A DNA stretch of 56,490 nucleotides, filler included, from Squatina squatina (Eukaryota): NCBI GenBank assembly GCA_031763465.1. It is 3 parts of 3 records of this genome, joined end to end, with 100 filler letters (N's around TTAATTAATTAA, not from the genome) between each part and the next. Parts side by side here need not be neighbours in the genome. Positions count along the whole stretch, not along the records: positions 15,898 to 40,943 come from JARFOE010000176.1; 2 more parts are not named here. The stretch is one strand, 5' to 3'. How positions within the stretch are numbered: position 1 is the stretch's first letter; the number at the start of each line of letters is the position of its first letter. A program made the translations under genes and the position numbers. Below, one piece after another: positions 22,466-36,025 of the stretch. The notes under the pieces are model-generated. The model searched no databases and had not been told where the DNA came from. It saw only the letters and a program-made list of their open reading frames with translations.

Positions 22466-23930
22466 AGTGTCTAAATCACTCCGTTTGAACATCTGTGTGT
22501 GTGTATGTGTGTGTTACAGTGCTGCTCCCACATGAATTGCAAGCTGCAGTTTTGTGCATATTCTACAAATTAATTTTATGAGAAACAGGAAACATTAGCA
22601 AAATATAATTGGTGAGAATTCTGACCTTGAAGTGGTGCTTGTCTTTTTTTTTAGGGCAGGATGGGGAGGGGACGAGGGAATAAAAATTTAATGGTGGCCT
22701 TTCTGAAAATGAGCTATTGTAATAGTGTGAACAGCAATTAGAGTTAAGTGCATTGCAAAAATTGGTGTCGTGTAATATTTTCCTCACTTAGCTTGAAGAC
22801 TAATTTTAAATGCCTCAAGTAATCAAATTTTGAAATGAAATTGTATGATTTAACTAATTTATTTTTAAAAAAAAATCAAAATGTAGCAATCCCATTTACA
22901 GAATATTGACATTACATAGATTTCTAAATGAAAATATCCTTCAGTGAATGAAACAATGAATATGGGGCACTCTTTCACAGGTCCTTATAAAATCTATGTT
23001 TCTGCCTTAAAATAAATCCTTTTTCTCCTTGCTGTTTGTGTAAAGGTCAGTGTTCACTATATTTCAAATGTCTTGCACCTAATCTTGTGCAGTAACCTAT
23101 AAATGGAAAAAGGAGGATTTTTATTTTATTTTATTTAGAGGCTTACTGCAGGCAAGTGCTAATGCTGTCCACAGAACTAGAGTTTGGCTTTGTCTTTGAG
23201 GCAGGCAAGGGTATTTTCAATAACGTTTTTTTAATGTGTTCAATTGGTAAACTATATTAAAAGCGACAGTTCATGTGCGCATTTAATTAAAATAAATTAA
23301 TACTGGGAACACAAACAGGTATGATCACAATTTCAATAATTGGCACTTGTGTGGAATGATGCCATGTCTCTTTTCCTGTTATAAAATCACACACTGCAAA
23401 ATATGCACTCCAAAATAAGAAGCCTTTGTGTGCAATAAATTTAGAAGTCAGTTCACTTCCAAGTCATTCATTGTATGTACATCACCTTGAGATCTTTGTT
23501 CGATAAGGTGCCATGGAAAGGCGAGTCTTTTATTTTGGTTAAACACTTTGTGATATCTTTGAGTTAAAATGCCAATTTCTCTGTAGATTTCTGATGAAGG
23601 GATTAACTAATCTACTGCCGTCCCTTTATTATTAAACAACATATGCATTTGCATAAAGATGGATTTACATCAGAGATGCCAAATGTATGGTCCGTGGGCC
23701 TGATCCAGTTGTGTTGTTGTAATGAAATTTTCATATTGGCTGTTATTCCACATGTGATAGGAATTATTAAAGACACAATNNNNNNNNNNNNNNNNNNNNN
23801 NNNNNNNNNNNNNNNNNNNNNNNNNNNNNNNNNNNNNNNNNNNNNNNNNNNNNNNNNNNNNNNNNNNNNNNNNNNNNNNTGCCGCACTCAACATCCGTCC
23901 GCCAAGTCTACCCATTTACAGATGGTACTT

Positions 23931-24350
23931 TCAGTCGTGGCTCACTGGGTAGCACTCTCACCTCTGAGTCCAAATGTTGTGAATTCAGGGCTCACTCCGG
24001 CACTTGAGCACATAATCCAGGCTGACATGGCAGCGCAATACCGAGGGAGTGTTGCACTGTCAGAGGTGCTGTCTTTCAGGTGAGACATGAAACTGAGACC
24101 CCATCTGCCCTCTCAGGTGAATGTAAAAGATCCCATGGCTTTAATTTGAAGAAGAGGGGAGTATGTCCAGNNNNNNNNNNGCCAAAACAGATTGACTGGT
24201 CATGTACCTTATTGTTAGTTGTGGGATCTTGCTGTACACAATAGGTTGCCACGTTTGCCTAAGTAACAACAATGCATTTTAAAGGCACTTCAGTGGTTGT
24301 AAAGAGCTTTTGGATGTCCTGAGGATGTGGAAGAAGCAAGTTCTTTCCTC
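23931..24350 (+). mobile_element. Near full-length DeuSINE (SacSINE1-like)
   Basis: Head gtggctcactgggtagcactctcacctctgagtc; Deu domain gagggagtgttgcactgtcagaggtgctgtctttcaggtgagacatgaaactgagaccccatctgccctctcaggtgaatgtaaaagatcccatggc; L2-type tail. Confidence 0.88.
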
Positions 24351-25890
24351 TTTCATTTCAATTCATCATTACACAGCAACAGTTGAAGCTTTATTAAAAA
24401 TAGTCATCACAATAAGGCCAAAATTTCCTGGGACTTGCTGGCCTTTTTCTTCAATTTTATTTTCATATGCCAGCTTTTAAATGACTTAGCTCTGGTCTTC
24501 TCTTTGTAGGAATAAAATTTGTTCATCTAAAGTCTTGCACATTTATTGCTTTTGGTATTAGACTTTATTACAATACTCAGTCTAACTATATAAAGATCGC
24601 AAGGATCCAAGGGTTACACACTTGCAGGTAACTCATTATTTTGGTGGATTGGTAAATATTAAATCTTCTATGCCATCTGCCCAGTGCCCTGCTTCACACA
24701 TTCTGTTAAGAAGCAGTTCTATATACATCTTAAATCCTATTTTCTCTCCATTGCTGTGGTTTTGCAAGATTTCCCTGTAGAAATGTTGATTTGATCAGGG
24801 GAGAGCTGGTGCATTCAAAATTTGTGTGAGCTAAGTTAGATAGCTGGTGATTGATTGAAATAAATTGGACATTTATGTGCATCAAAAAATTACATTTCTT
24901 TGTGGATTTACATCATGGTTTTGTTATTTTCTTTTTATTGAGCAAAGATATACAGCAGAATGAATGTTGATTGCACCCAATCCGATATAGAACCTATACC
25001 ATGGTTTTGGCACAACAGCTAAAACATACGTAAAACAAAATATTTGATTAGCAAATGACTAAAATATAAAAGTACAGAGGCTGAGAACCTTGGAGAAGGT
25101 TTTGATTGCAGTCTGTGTGGAAGCTGGGATTACTGAACAAGGAATTATCTGATCCATTCAGTCAGTTCAAATCATTTTATAAAGCTTGGCTTTTCTCTTG
25201 TGAATGACATGATTAGAACAAGCTCCTCTGATTAGGAAACCTGGTTGCTGAAGGGATTCAGCCTTGTCTGTTCTATACTTGCAGCATAAATGACGAATTG
25301 GGGTTTTTGTAACTTTTTCAAATCAGTAATCTGACTTTAGTGAAGATCCTGTGCTTAATCATTGATTTTACTTATACTTTGAATAATCTATACATTGTTT
25401 TGTTAACTATTTGTAAACTTGACATATTTAATGCTGCCAACTAAGATCCTCCCGGATTTCTTACACCCTCACTTTTTAGTGCTTCTGTATCATTCATTGA
25501 GTGTGTTGTGCACTTTTTTCTTCTAGTGTTCAGTGCCTTTCACTTATGTCTCTATTAAATTTGTCTGTCACTTTCCTGTAATCCTACAGATTTTATCTAA
25601 CTCACTTTGTAGATCTACTGTTGCTTTCTCTGACTCATCTCCCAGATTTGGTGTACTCTACCATNNNNNNNNNNNNNNNNNNNNNNNNNNNNNNNNNNNN
25701 NNNNNNNNNNNNNNNNNNNNNNNNNNNNNNNNNNNNNNNNNNNNNNNNNNNNNNNNNNNNNNNNCCAATTTTACAACACCGCTTCAGGCATCATAGCCAC
25801 TGAAAATGCTGAATGTAGAAAACTTTTTCAACATTAGCCTTATCAGATCGAATTGAGGCTTTTAGAATTTCCCAACACATCCTGTTCCAT

Positions 25891-26608
25891 GGGGGAGAAA
25901 TTGGCTTTGTTTGTGCCTTCCGTTAGCGCCTCCAGGGGGCAGTAATGGGGTGCTAAGGGGTTACGGACCGGGCGCAGCGAAATCACCGATGCCCACGAAC
26001 GTCCCTGGCGGTTTTGACCTGACGCTAACACTTAACGCCTCGCTCTCTTGTGTCCCGTGGATCGTGATGTCATCCGGTCTGCAGCGGCCCACTACCGCCC
26101 CCGGACGCGATATTCGCTCCCGCCCCCTGCAGCATCGCCGGGCGTCAACAACGGCAGCTGCAGGAGGCGTTGTCACCTTGCTGGCCGCTTGGGGAGCGAT
26201 AGTTAAAGGCAGNNNNNNNNNNTCCCCATTCTGGTGCCTCTTGCTTTCTTTTGCCCCCGTGATAGCTCAGCCCTGCCCTCTCGTAGAAGGCTTAGGCTGC
26301 TATGCACATGGCACAGGTCCCATGGTCCAGCACAGACAGCATGAAAACTCATTCACCCCAGCATTGGCCCTTCCCTTTAAGGGAGGGAATTAGCCTGTAC
26401 AGACACTGACCATTGCTCAGTGCTCTGCCAATACCATCCCTCTCACTCCCATTCGAGCTCTACGGGAAGTTGTAGCGCTTGGTTTAGCACTCCTCTTCGC
26501 TCACAAAAGTGGAAGTTCCCATCAGCTGCAAATCCTTTTCACCCCGCGATTCTTTTACGCTTCCTGAAAAGTTATCGCCCCAAATGGGTGCTACGAAATT
26601 TCTAGCCC
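25891..26608. mobile_element. Complete Harbinger-type MITE (about 720 bp)
   Basis: TIRs GGGGGAGAAATT / AATTTCTAGCCC; 3-bp flanks cat / caa; CpG-rich interior with only a 10-N gap. Confidence 0.8.
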
Positions 26609-27004
26609 CAAGAGTTTTAAGTCATTGTAATGAATGCGAACAGCCAAATAAGAAAGTTAATGTAAAATTCTAATTGGATTTGTAAGTTTATCAATTCATA
26701 ATTCAATCTTTAAAAAGTTCCACAACAGCTGCCCATGGAATTTCATTAACTGACTTTGTTTTTGTAAACATGATGGAGTAAAGTGAGATTATAGCCTCTT
26801 TTTGTGGTAGCTATTTAAAAAAATACTCTTAATCATTGCCTATCGATAGATTTGACTAAACTTTTGGATTGTTTAAAACTTTTATCCTGCAGGAATGGAA
26901 AATTAATGTGTATTTTGAAGGGGGGGGAGGAAATGGTGGTTAGAAGTGTAAATATGCACTTCTCCTAGTGGCTCAGTTCACAAATGCACTATCCAGTAAT
27001 GATT

Positions 27005-27130
27005 AAAAACAGGAAATACAGGAAATACTGGAAATACATTGCATGTCTGTCAGCATCTGGAAAAAGAAACGGTTAACACGGAATCTAAAGCTTTGTCGGA
27101 ACTTCCAATGAACGATCCATGCTCGAAATG
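27005..27130 (+). mobile_element. Fragment of an abundant shark repeat (probably Penelope-like terminus)
   Basis: aaaaacaggaaat...ctggaaatacattgcatgtctgtcagcatctggaaaaagaaacggttaac; same family as 27465 and 54900. Confidence 0.5.
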
Positions 27131-27464
27131 TTTTAAAGAGAGAATGCACACGGATGTGCACGTATTGCATTATTCCCTAAGAATGTCAAACTATTGCATA
27201 TTCTTGTTGAATTATTAACTCATTATTGGTTTAAGCTGTGGGTGCTTCACTGTGTTTTGTAGTATTCTTTTGTCAATTACAGAATCAATAGTTATTATGC
27301 TAAATTACTTTAATAATTTTTTAGTCAAATTCAAATGCTATTTCAATATTTTCCTCCTGGGGCAAGAGGTCCACTGTGTGCTGTTTATAGTGGAATCATC
27401 AATATATTGATAAAGAACCAGTTTTAAGGTCTTGCAATAAATAGCGAATAATGGAAATCTTTTA

Positions 27465-27542
27465 ATAAAAACAGAAAATGCTGGAAATACTCAGCAGGTG
27501 TGGCAGCATCTGTGGAGAGAGAAACAGTGACCTTTCATCAGA
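27465..27542 (+). mobile_element. Fragment of the same probably Penelope-like repeat
   Basis: ataaaaacagaaaatgctggaaatactcagcaggtgtggcagcatctgtggagagagaaacag. Confidence 0.6.
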
Positions 27543-29239
27543 TGGAAATCTTTTTCCTCCATCTCTGAACCCAGATCAAAACCTTTAATTTGGATTCTTT
27601 GAGGGTGGCAATGTTTTGGTATGATAATGATTTATATTCTGTTTGCAGCGTGCAGTATGCGTTTCTGATTATCACAAGAGATAATAATTTAATATGAATA
27701 ATTGAGATTTAAAATGCCCTGAAATGAACAACTGAAATATTATTGAGATATAAAAATGAATTGAAAAATATTGAGGTCAGTTATTTGGTAGCTACATAAC
27801 TGAATCTCACTTATAACTCTACAGACAGCGTCCAGTATAAGTGTTTGAAAGTAGTGTATATGGTTTTGGAGGATACAAATTTGAAAATAGATGCAATGGA
27901 AGTTATTTGATCGTGATAGAGTTAACTGTGAAATGCAGTTAGTTTAATAGAAAAATGGAAGCATGCAGGAAGAAAAAGAGACTTTTGCTCAGCACTTGCA
28001 CTCAAAAAGGACAATGTACATGGGAGCATCTGTAATATGTGGCATGGCACCTCATTCTGCCAGTGTTTGAGATGGTGCAACAGGAAACAAGGCAAGAGAC
28101 CAGCTCATGGATATTCACTTTTGGCCAAATGCACACCTCCTGTTGGACTATCCATCTGTGGCAGGGATAAATAAATGACGGCACAAATGAGAACAAGGTG
28201 GATTAAAATGCACAGGCACATACAGAAGAGGTTTGTGCAGGGTAATTTGCCAAAGCACATGAAAACATCCCTAGGATTTAACATGCCGCGCTGGATGCAA
28301 TAATAACCCCTCATTACCCTCTGTGTGCCACTGAAATAAATTCACTACACCATGCTGCTTCGGAATGGTCCCCTGCAGTAAATGCTGCTATTTCTTACAT
28401 AAATCACGCCCGCATGCCTGGTGAGNNNNNNNNNNNNNNNNNNNNNNNNNNNNNNNNNNNNNNNNNNNNNNNATGAACAGCTTCCTTATAATTATCATGA
28501 AAATGTGAAGAGAATTTGCTGGTAGATGACATCTTAACTACATGTTTTTTTTTGCAATTGGGCGGTAATTCATCTTGCAATGGGCTATAGATGAAAGTGG
28601 CAGCATTCTCTGTGAATAATTAGATCCACCGTCTACCCTACTCATGGCTGATTATTTCTGTTCCCCAAAGCCTTGCTTCAGCATTCCACAGTGCCAGAAG
28701 CCATGTCAGTCCTGGTTTCACTTCGTGCTTTTCAGTGTCTCCCAAACGTGGCCTGAAGGATGACTTTGGATGACATTGGCTGGCATGTTGTCTGGGAGAT
28801 ACAAGCAAATGTAGATTGCCAATAAAATCAAAGCTAGAGCATGGAAGTGCACACTAAAATAATAAAATATTGATTGATCTGTTGGAACTGCATCATCTTC
28901 TGGCTAAAACCTTCCCTTTAAAAAAGAACACAAACAACACTGTGCTTCTGGGGCTGCTCTCTCGATGAATTAGTGAGATTCCATTTTTTTACCCCTGAAA
29001 CTCTAACATAGCCCCCCCTCCCCACTTTTATTTTATTGACTTGTTTTATTGACTTGTGCTGTGCTTGTCTAACCGGCTTATCGGCTCATCAGATGGGCAT
29101 GATTTTCTTTTATGATTTGATATAAACTAAACTGTGTGAATACCAAGCATACAAAGCTTATTTACATAATGTAAAAAGTAAGGATTGAAGGGCATTGCAG
29201 AAAATTCTTTTCAACTTCATAGGTTTTGAACTTTTTTTT

Positions 29240-29670
29240 AACATTCATTCTTAGGATGTTGCTGGCAAAGCCGGCATTTGATGCACATCCATAAATGCCC
29301 TTGAGAAGGTAGTGGTGGGCCGCCTTCTTGAACCGCTGCAGTTCGTGTGGTGAGGGAACTCCCACAATAGGGTTAGGGAGGGAGTTCCAGGATCTTGACC
29401 CATCGACAATGAAGGAACAGCAATATATGTCCACATCGGGACTTGGAGGTGGTGGTGCTCCCCTGTACCTGCTGGCCTTGTCCTCCTTGGTGGAGGAAGT
29501 TGTGGGTTTGGGAGGTGCTGCCAAAAAAACCTTGGTGACTTGCTGAAATGTATCCTGGAGATAGTACATACTGCAGTACACACTGCTACCACGGTGAGCC
29601 GATGGTGAAGGGATTGGATGTTTAAGCTGGTGGATGAGGTGCTGATTAACCAGACTACTTTGCCCTGGAA
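29240..29670 (-). mobile_element. CR1-group LINE (second family) 3' portion
   Basis: Minus strand encodes ...SFIVDGSRSWNSLPNPIVGVPSPHELQRFKKAAHHYLLKG, then a tail resembling gggcaataaatgctggc. Confidence 0.75.
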
Positions 29671-29826
29671 GTCTGCGGAATATAAAATCAGGCAGAGTCT
29701 ACAACGAAGTGCTGATTAGCTATCACTCGTTTTGGTCTGCAGCGAAAGATCAGTTTCACCCCAAATGTATATATTTCACAGTTTTTCATAACAAATCTTG
29801 GTAAGTGAAAAATAAATGAATACTTT

Positions 29827-30360
29827 GGGGGGAATTAGTCCATTGCGCCCTGTTTGGGGGCGGTAACATCCAACAGGTGGAGCATTCTGCGCCAGGCGCA
29901 GAAGTCCTAAATTTGGCTTGCTAAATTTGGGTTACCGTCCCCAAAAGGAAGTGGAGCGTAAAATAACATGCACCACTTCCTTTCTGGAGTGGTAGTGGGA
30001 CGGTTGTGTTGGGAGCGGGTTGCCAGCGCTATGCACTGGGCTGCATACCACTGCTGCATAGGAGAAGGGGCTCTTCCCTTCATTACTCAAGCAGAGGGCT
30101 GGGCTGATCGATCGTGGCACGGAACCTGCTTTCAAAGCACCAACGGAGCGCTCGCCAAAATCTGTTGAATTTTTTTGTAATGTCCCACACCTCTCCTTTA
30201 ACTTGCGAGCCAGCTGCCCTGTACGTGCCCCCTGAAGCTATTGCTGGCATCGTCCACTGCAGCTTCAGGGGGCGATGCCCAATTTAGGGTCCAGGGTGCT
30301 CATGGGGCGCTGCACATAGTGATGACATTGTCATTGCCACCGCAGTGGAGTGGGGCGCTA
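29827..30360. mobile_element. Harbinger-type MITE, left portion
   Basis: Starts ggggggaattag; CpG-rich; shares gtgatgac/gtgacatcatc motifs with the 3314 element; cut by a gap. Confidence 0.65.
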
Positions 30361-30460
30361 NNNNNNNNNNNNNNNNNNNNNNNNNNNNNNNNNNNNNNNN
30401 NNNNNNNNNNNNNNNNNNNNNNNNNNNNNNNNNNNNNNNNNNNNNNNNNNNNNNNNNNNN

Positions 30461-30620
30461 AGACATGTGGAACATGACTTCACGCCTTTGGATGATGTTG
30501 CCAAGGTGCAGCATGCAGATCCGGTAGATGAGAAGGTCGAGGATAGATCCTTGGGGAAACTACAGTGGTAATGGTGCAGAGGTGAGAATAGAAGTCATTC
30601 CTAGAGATGGTCTTGCTACG
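30461..30620 (-). mobile_element. Degenerate L2 RT fragment
   Basis: Minus strand tttccccaaggatctatcctcgaccttctc resembles the GVPQGSILGPLLF motif. Confidence 0.55.
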
Positions 30621-33600
30621 AGCTAGCATTAAATTTATGGAACGTATGGAAAGTAATTTTCATATGAAGATTTCAGTTGCCAACAATTGTATGACTTTGA
30701 AGTAAGTCACATTTTATTAAATTGCCTCAAGTACTTAAAGCTAACATCAAGAAGGTCACTGACCTTACATTCCGAAATAGGAACGTTGGTGTATTTTAAG
30801 ATTTTTTATTACTTTGTGTGAAAAATATGATAAAAATGCTAGAAGGCAATTCTGATCAAACATTTTCATGAACTTAGCAACAACAAAAAATCTTGTGTGG
30901 TGTAAAGAAATACACTGACCTGTTCGATAAATGACTTTTATATTGTATTTACATAATCCTTATGTTCAATACAAATGCTGAACCTATAATAAAGCCTGCT
31001 TTTCACTGGAAAAAATGTAGTATTCAGATTCTTAATAGGACAATGCAGGGATTTGGCTAAAAAAGTAAATCCTTTTTCACTTCGCATTTTAATGTATCGC
31101 AGTAGAATTACACATTTAAAAAAAACCTGAATATCTTTCATGAACAAAAAAAATGAATACAACTAGTCTGTCATTAAGCTGACAGAACATTTCATTAGCA
31201 CTGTTGCCGTGTCAAAGCACTGTTACAACCTATCACACCAGATAGTTGTGCAACCGATAGTGACTAATTACAATGAATAAGAGAAAATGGAGCGTGGGCT
31301 CTTTCCAACAACCTTGTTATTAACGCTGTTGAATGGCAGGCTCAGTGATTATAGGTCATATTTTCCTCTTTTCTCAAATAAGGGGTTAAGAGCACTATTT
31401 TTTGCAGTGTTTAAGAACTGCCAATCAGTATGATGAGCTCTAGTGGTTCTATGGCTATAATAGCAGGATCAAGGGTGTCCAATCATGATGCACCCATAGC
31501 TTCCTCAATGCAAAGCAGAAAACAAGCCACCTAATTTATATAAAAAGCTAAAATTTTGTTAATCTTCCTGTGGAATATGCAATAGTGAAATAAAAATGGC
31601 AGCACGAAATGTTAGGAAAGATTGGTTTAATGACTTAGGGGTCCCAGTTGGTTAGCGCCAAGTTGCCAGCGTTAGGTGGTGCAAATAGGGGTCTGTTAGC
31701 ACCAGGTTGACATTTCTGCAAAGTGATGAGGAATCGGTCTCTTTAAAAAAAAATGTCGGCGGTGGCGCAAATNNNNNNNNNNNNNNNNNNNNNNNNNNNN
31801 NNNNNNNNNNNNNNNNNNNNNNNNNNNNNNNNNNNNNNNNNNNNNNNNNNNNNNNNNNNNNNNNNNNNNNNNATGCGTTTATTACCAAAAAAATGATTTG
31901 AATATTTTATCATAGTTTCTGCCATGCCAGATCAATGCTTAGCAATTAACCTTAACCAGTGAATCCAAGAAATAGGGATTTTTTTATTCTGATGGTATCC
32001 AGAATTAATTTAGTGCCCTGCACAGGTACTGTGTCAGGGGTAAAATGGCTTGCCATTAATGGCTTTTAAAAAAAAAAGTTGTTATTTGGATCTTTGGACT
32101 ACATAGCAGGCTGCACTGAAATATCGATAGTTTTCAGCATCATTTGCCTCACTGTAGCATCAGTAATATTGAAGTGTATATGCTAATGACATAATTTATT
32201 GACTTAGTATAGATCAGTGTCCTTTTTTTGAGAGTACGCGTGGATGGGGGAACATTAAATGAAATCACATATACGTTTACAAAAGGTGAACCAAGCTGTG
32301 TCAGTACTGAGTATCTTTTAACTCTTTAAAAGCATCATGAGCAGTTTTGCTATACCGTGTATGAATCGATATAAGTAGGTTCCCACTTTCCAATGTGTCC
32401 ACAAAATGGGCTGCATTATTGGTATTGATTGAACTGATGAATGCACACAGTCTGATTTTGTACCTTGTGAAAGGTCCTGCTGGTATTTTAAAGCCGCCTT
32501 TCTCAGTATATGCAGCTGACATTGAAAACAGCCCTTACTGCCTGTCTACTGGCGGCTGAGAGTGACTAAGGAGGTGGGCTGTTGTAGATTTGTAACGAGA
32601 ATTCTCTCAATTGCTGACTAGGATCTCTGAATAATTTGCTTCTGTAAAACCTCTGGAGGTTCAATATTGAGGATTAGTGCTGGGGCACAGCATCTCACCA
32701 TCAAATTAAATACATTGTAAATGCAACCAAATGAATTTCATTAATGACATACCTATTAAAATGTTAATTTTAATGCCAAGCCCCTATCTGCTCCTTGTTT
32801 TTCATTGGTGTGCGTTATCAATTTCCTCGCACCAACTGTTTTTTTCAGGTAATCTGAGCAGGAGTGCTGAACAAGAGGCAGCTTTGTGCCAAGGAACAGC
32901 AGCTACTTGGAGCTTGGTGCTGAATGCCTACAAACTGGCAGAGAAGGAAATCTTTTACCTCATTAGTCTGAATTGGAAGCAAGCTGAAGTTGCACAGATG
33001 AAAGGGAAAAGTGTTAACTGCATTCTCTGGACTGGATTTTTTTTCTATTAAGAGTTTGCTTCAAATCATAAAAAAAACATCCAATATCCTAATTGAGTCT
33101 GTAGATGGCCTGCAAATCTTGAAAAATCTTATGGGATTCTTTTTTGACACAGATTATTGCTTTTGTGAGTTAGACGTTTATAAGCACATACTAAGCATTT
33201 GGTTTAAATTTTATTTGACATCTAAGTGTAGGACAAAATGCATGGCCAGCTTGGTGGGTTGGAGGATGTTAGTTTTTCCAAATACACTGGTAGCAGCTGC
33301 TTGTTATTTTAGTCACTTAAAATCCTTCCCCTTCCATATTATTACAACTTAAAATTCATGTTCGGTTTCTTGTAAAACAAAATATTCCTGGTACACGTCG
33401 AAAATGAATAGCATTTCTGAAAGAGAAAGGTGGGTTAAATTTTGGGGTGGGACCTTTCATAGAAAATATTGGTAGCTCCATTCAGTCCTATGGACTGAAA
33501 GCTGCTCTCTTGTATTGTTTCTTAACATGAGGCCGCTCAGATTTTTACTTTTGCCGGAGTCAGTGGTGCAGAATATAATAACTACTGTGAAAAATAAATC

Positions 33601-35914
33601 TACTGGGATTGCCTATGGTCTGGTAAAGCTTCATCGCTCCATAATTGTGAGTTTGAGGTTGTACTCGATCCTGTCTTCTGATAAATGCACTGCCTTTAGT
33701 GAATTTCTGCTGACAGAGAGGACACCTCATTGAGTTAAAATTAGTCCCAAAGTCCATGGAACAGCATTGACTTTACAATATAATCTTGCATTTGACTAAT
33801 CCTTTAAGGAACATCTTCTGTCACTGGATTTTTGTTCGGTTTCCAGTTTTTAGTGTGTCTAATTTTGGTACTGTTTATGATAGCAGTATTTANNNNNNNN
33901 NNNNNNNNNNNNNNNNNNNNNNNNNNNNNNNNNNNNNNNNNNNNNNNNNNNNNNNNNNNNNNNNNNNNNNNNNNNNNNNNNNNNNNNNNNNNTTGAAAAT
34001 TTAATGTCTGTTACCTTAACAAAAGTTTGCCAAATCTGGAACCTAATCTGAAATGAATCGAATTCTGCAAACACAACATCACAAAATAGCATGTAATTTA
34101 TGAGTACAAATTAATAAATGCCTGCAATAATAAGAATTTTGTGGACTCCACCAGAATGGCTTTTTAATGGAACTTGCTACTTTGAAAGTAGCATTTTGGA
34201 TTCATTCATTAGCTCCTGAACTGGTTCAGTGATTTTTACATTGCTTGTTATATATATTCCCTTGATCGGTAAGCCTTAGCATTTGCACTATATTGCTATA
34301 ATTAATTAAGGGAGGGAAAATTTGCTGCACTGTTTTTTCTTAAATAGCAAATTCCTGACCGTTAACCTGCCAAGCTAGTTTCTTAGACGATGATGCAACG
34401 ATTGCATCTAATCCTTGGCCACCACATGGGGTAAAAGGAAGGTAATCACAGACTTGACCTTATCACTGCATGGCTACTGTAGGTCAAACAAGATAAGCGC
34501 TTCTCACACTGGTTACTCTTGCTGATTAGGAAACAGTCGTATAAACTGAAATAGCAGCATTCAGCTCCTTCCTTTCAGCCTNNNNNNNNNNNNNNNNNNN
34601 NNNNNNNNNNNNNNNNNNNNNNNNNNNNNNNNNNNNNNNNNNNNNNNNNNNNNNNNNNNNNNNNNNNNNNNNNNNNNNNNNGAAAAATAAAATTAAAGAG
34701 CCCAATATCCCGACATAAACCAGCGGTGCAGAAGCCGTGTAAATTTCACTCATTTTGGTCTGCTTAAGTTGCTAGCATGGCACAATCCAATTGGAGCCCC
34801 TTAATTCCCAGGTGTACTTCAGTTTATCTGTGCCTTTGTCACGGAAATGGTCAGTGTGTGCAACATATGTCTACTGCGTGAGACAAAATTTGAGGAGCTC
34901 TCCATTATACTAGATCGGCAAGATAGATACTGTTGGAAGATTTTCAACTAGGCGGAACTTGCTGTAAACTGAGTGGTTCAGTGAGATAGTGGGGTGCTTC
35001 TGGGCCAGTTTTTCTGGTGGTCTCTGAAAGATGCCCGTTTCTCAATAGACTTTGCAGCTGAAAAAGAGTTCATTTTTGAAGAAGTGAAAGCATTCATGAG
35101 TATTTTTCTAATATAATGCCTAGTAGGTGGCATCGAGGCACAAAAGTGAGGATAGAGTGGGCATTAGGAACTTGAAAACACACCTAGAGAAGGAGATTTC
35201 AGCAACTCCATAAGAAAATTTGGTCTTACTTGCTCAAGGTTTGCAAGCCATGGCACAGAAATGACTATATATTAGGAATATATCAGTATGGGCAACAATG
35301 TGTGTGGCAATATATACCTGGCATGCTAACTGACACAATATTCAAGCACACCATCACTTTTGGATTCATTTGTCATGTCCATGTACAGCATTTTGTTATT
35401 AAGTATCTTTTTGCACACACAGCAATTCAGAAGGTTTCAATCACAATTGAAATGAAAGTAATTTTGCTAAGTGTGTGCTCCTCTGAATCACAGCCTGGAA
35501 ACAGCTGGTTGCCAACACTCTTATTTCCTATCTCTTCAGCATGAAAGCGAAGTCAATATTCTTTAGTTATTCTTCTCTCGGTTAGAAATTTTCCAATATG
35601 GCTTCACTGGTTCTTAAAATACACGATAATGNNNNNNNNNNNNNNNNNNNNNNNNNNNNNNNNNNNNNNNNNNNNNNNNNNNNNNNNNNNNNNNNNNNNN
35701 NNNNNNNNNNNNNNNNNNNNNNNNNNNNNNNACGCCATGGGTTGCGACTCGGCACAAATGGCTGGATGATCTGTGCCGTTCCACGATTGGCCACGTTTGG
35801 AGTTTCAAGAAGTTGCTACATTTGCATTCTTGAAACAAATTAAGCTCGCTGCAGAGCATTGGCTGGTATTTTACAACATAAGAACCCTTTTAGTGATGAG
35901 ATTCATGTTCCTGC

Positions 35915-36025
35915 AATGCAACCTCTCCGCCCAGAAGGCAGCTCACCAACACCTTCTCAAGGATGGGCAATAAATGCTGGCCTTGCCAGCGACGCCCACA
36001 TCCTTGGAATGAATAAATAAAAATA
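35915..36025 (+). mobile_element. LINE/SINE 3' tail (second CR1-group family)
   Basis: agaaggcagctcaccaacaccttctcaaggatgggcaataaatgctggccttgccagcgacgcccacatcc, then an A-rich end. Confidence 0.7.

Noticed and set aside
25911-26393. 160-aa ORF and similar GC-rich ORFs (29932-30477, 46470-46896, 48117-48478)
   Set aside because: They lie inside MITEs, where high GC depletes stop codons; no recognisable domains.
33560-33757. CPLCQQKFTKGSAFIRRQ resembling a C2H2 zinc finger
   Set aside because: It lacks both histidines, a linker and neighbouring fingers; no convincing splice sites.
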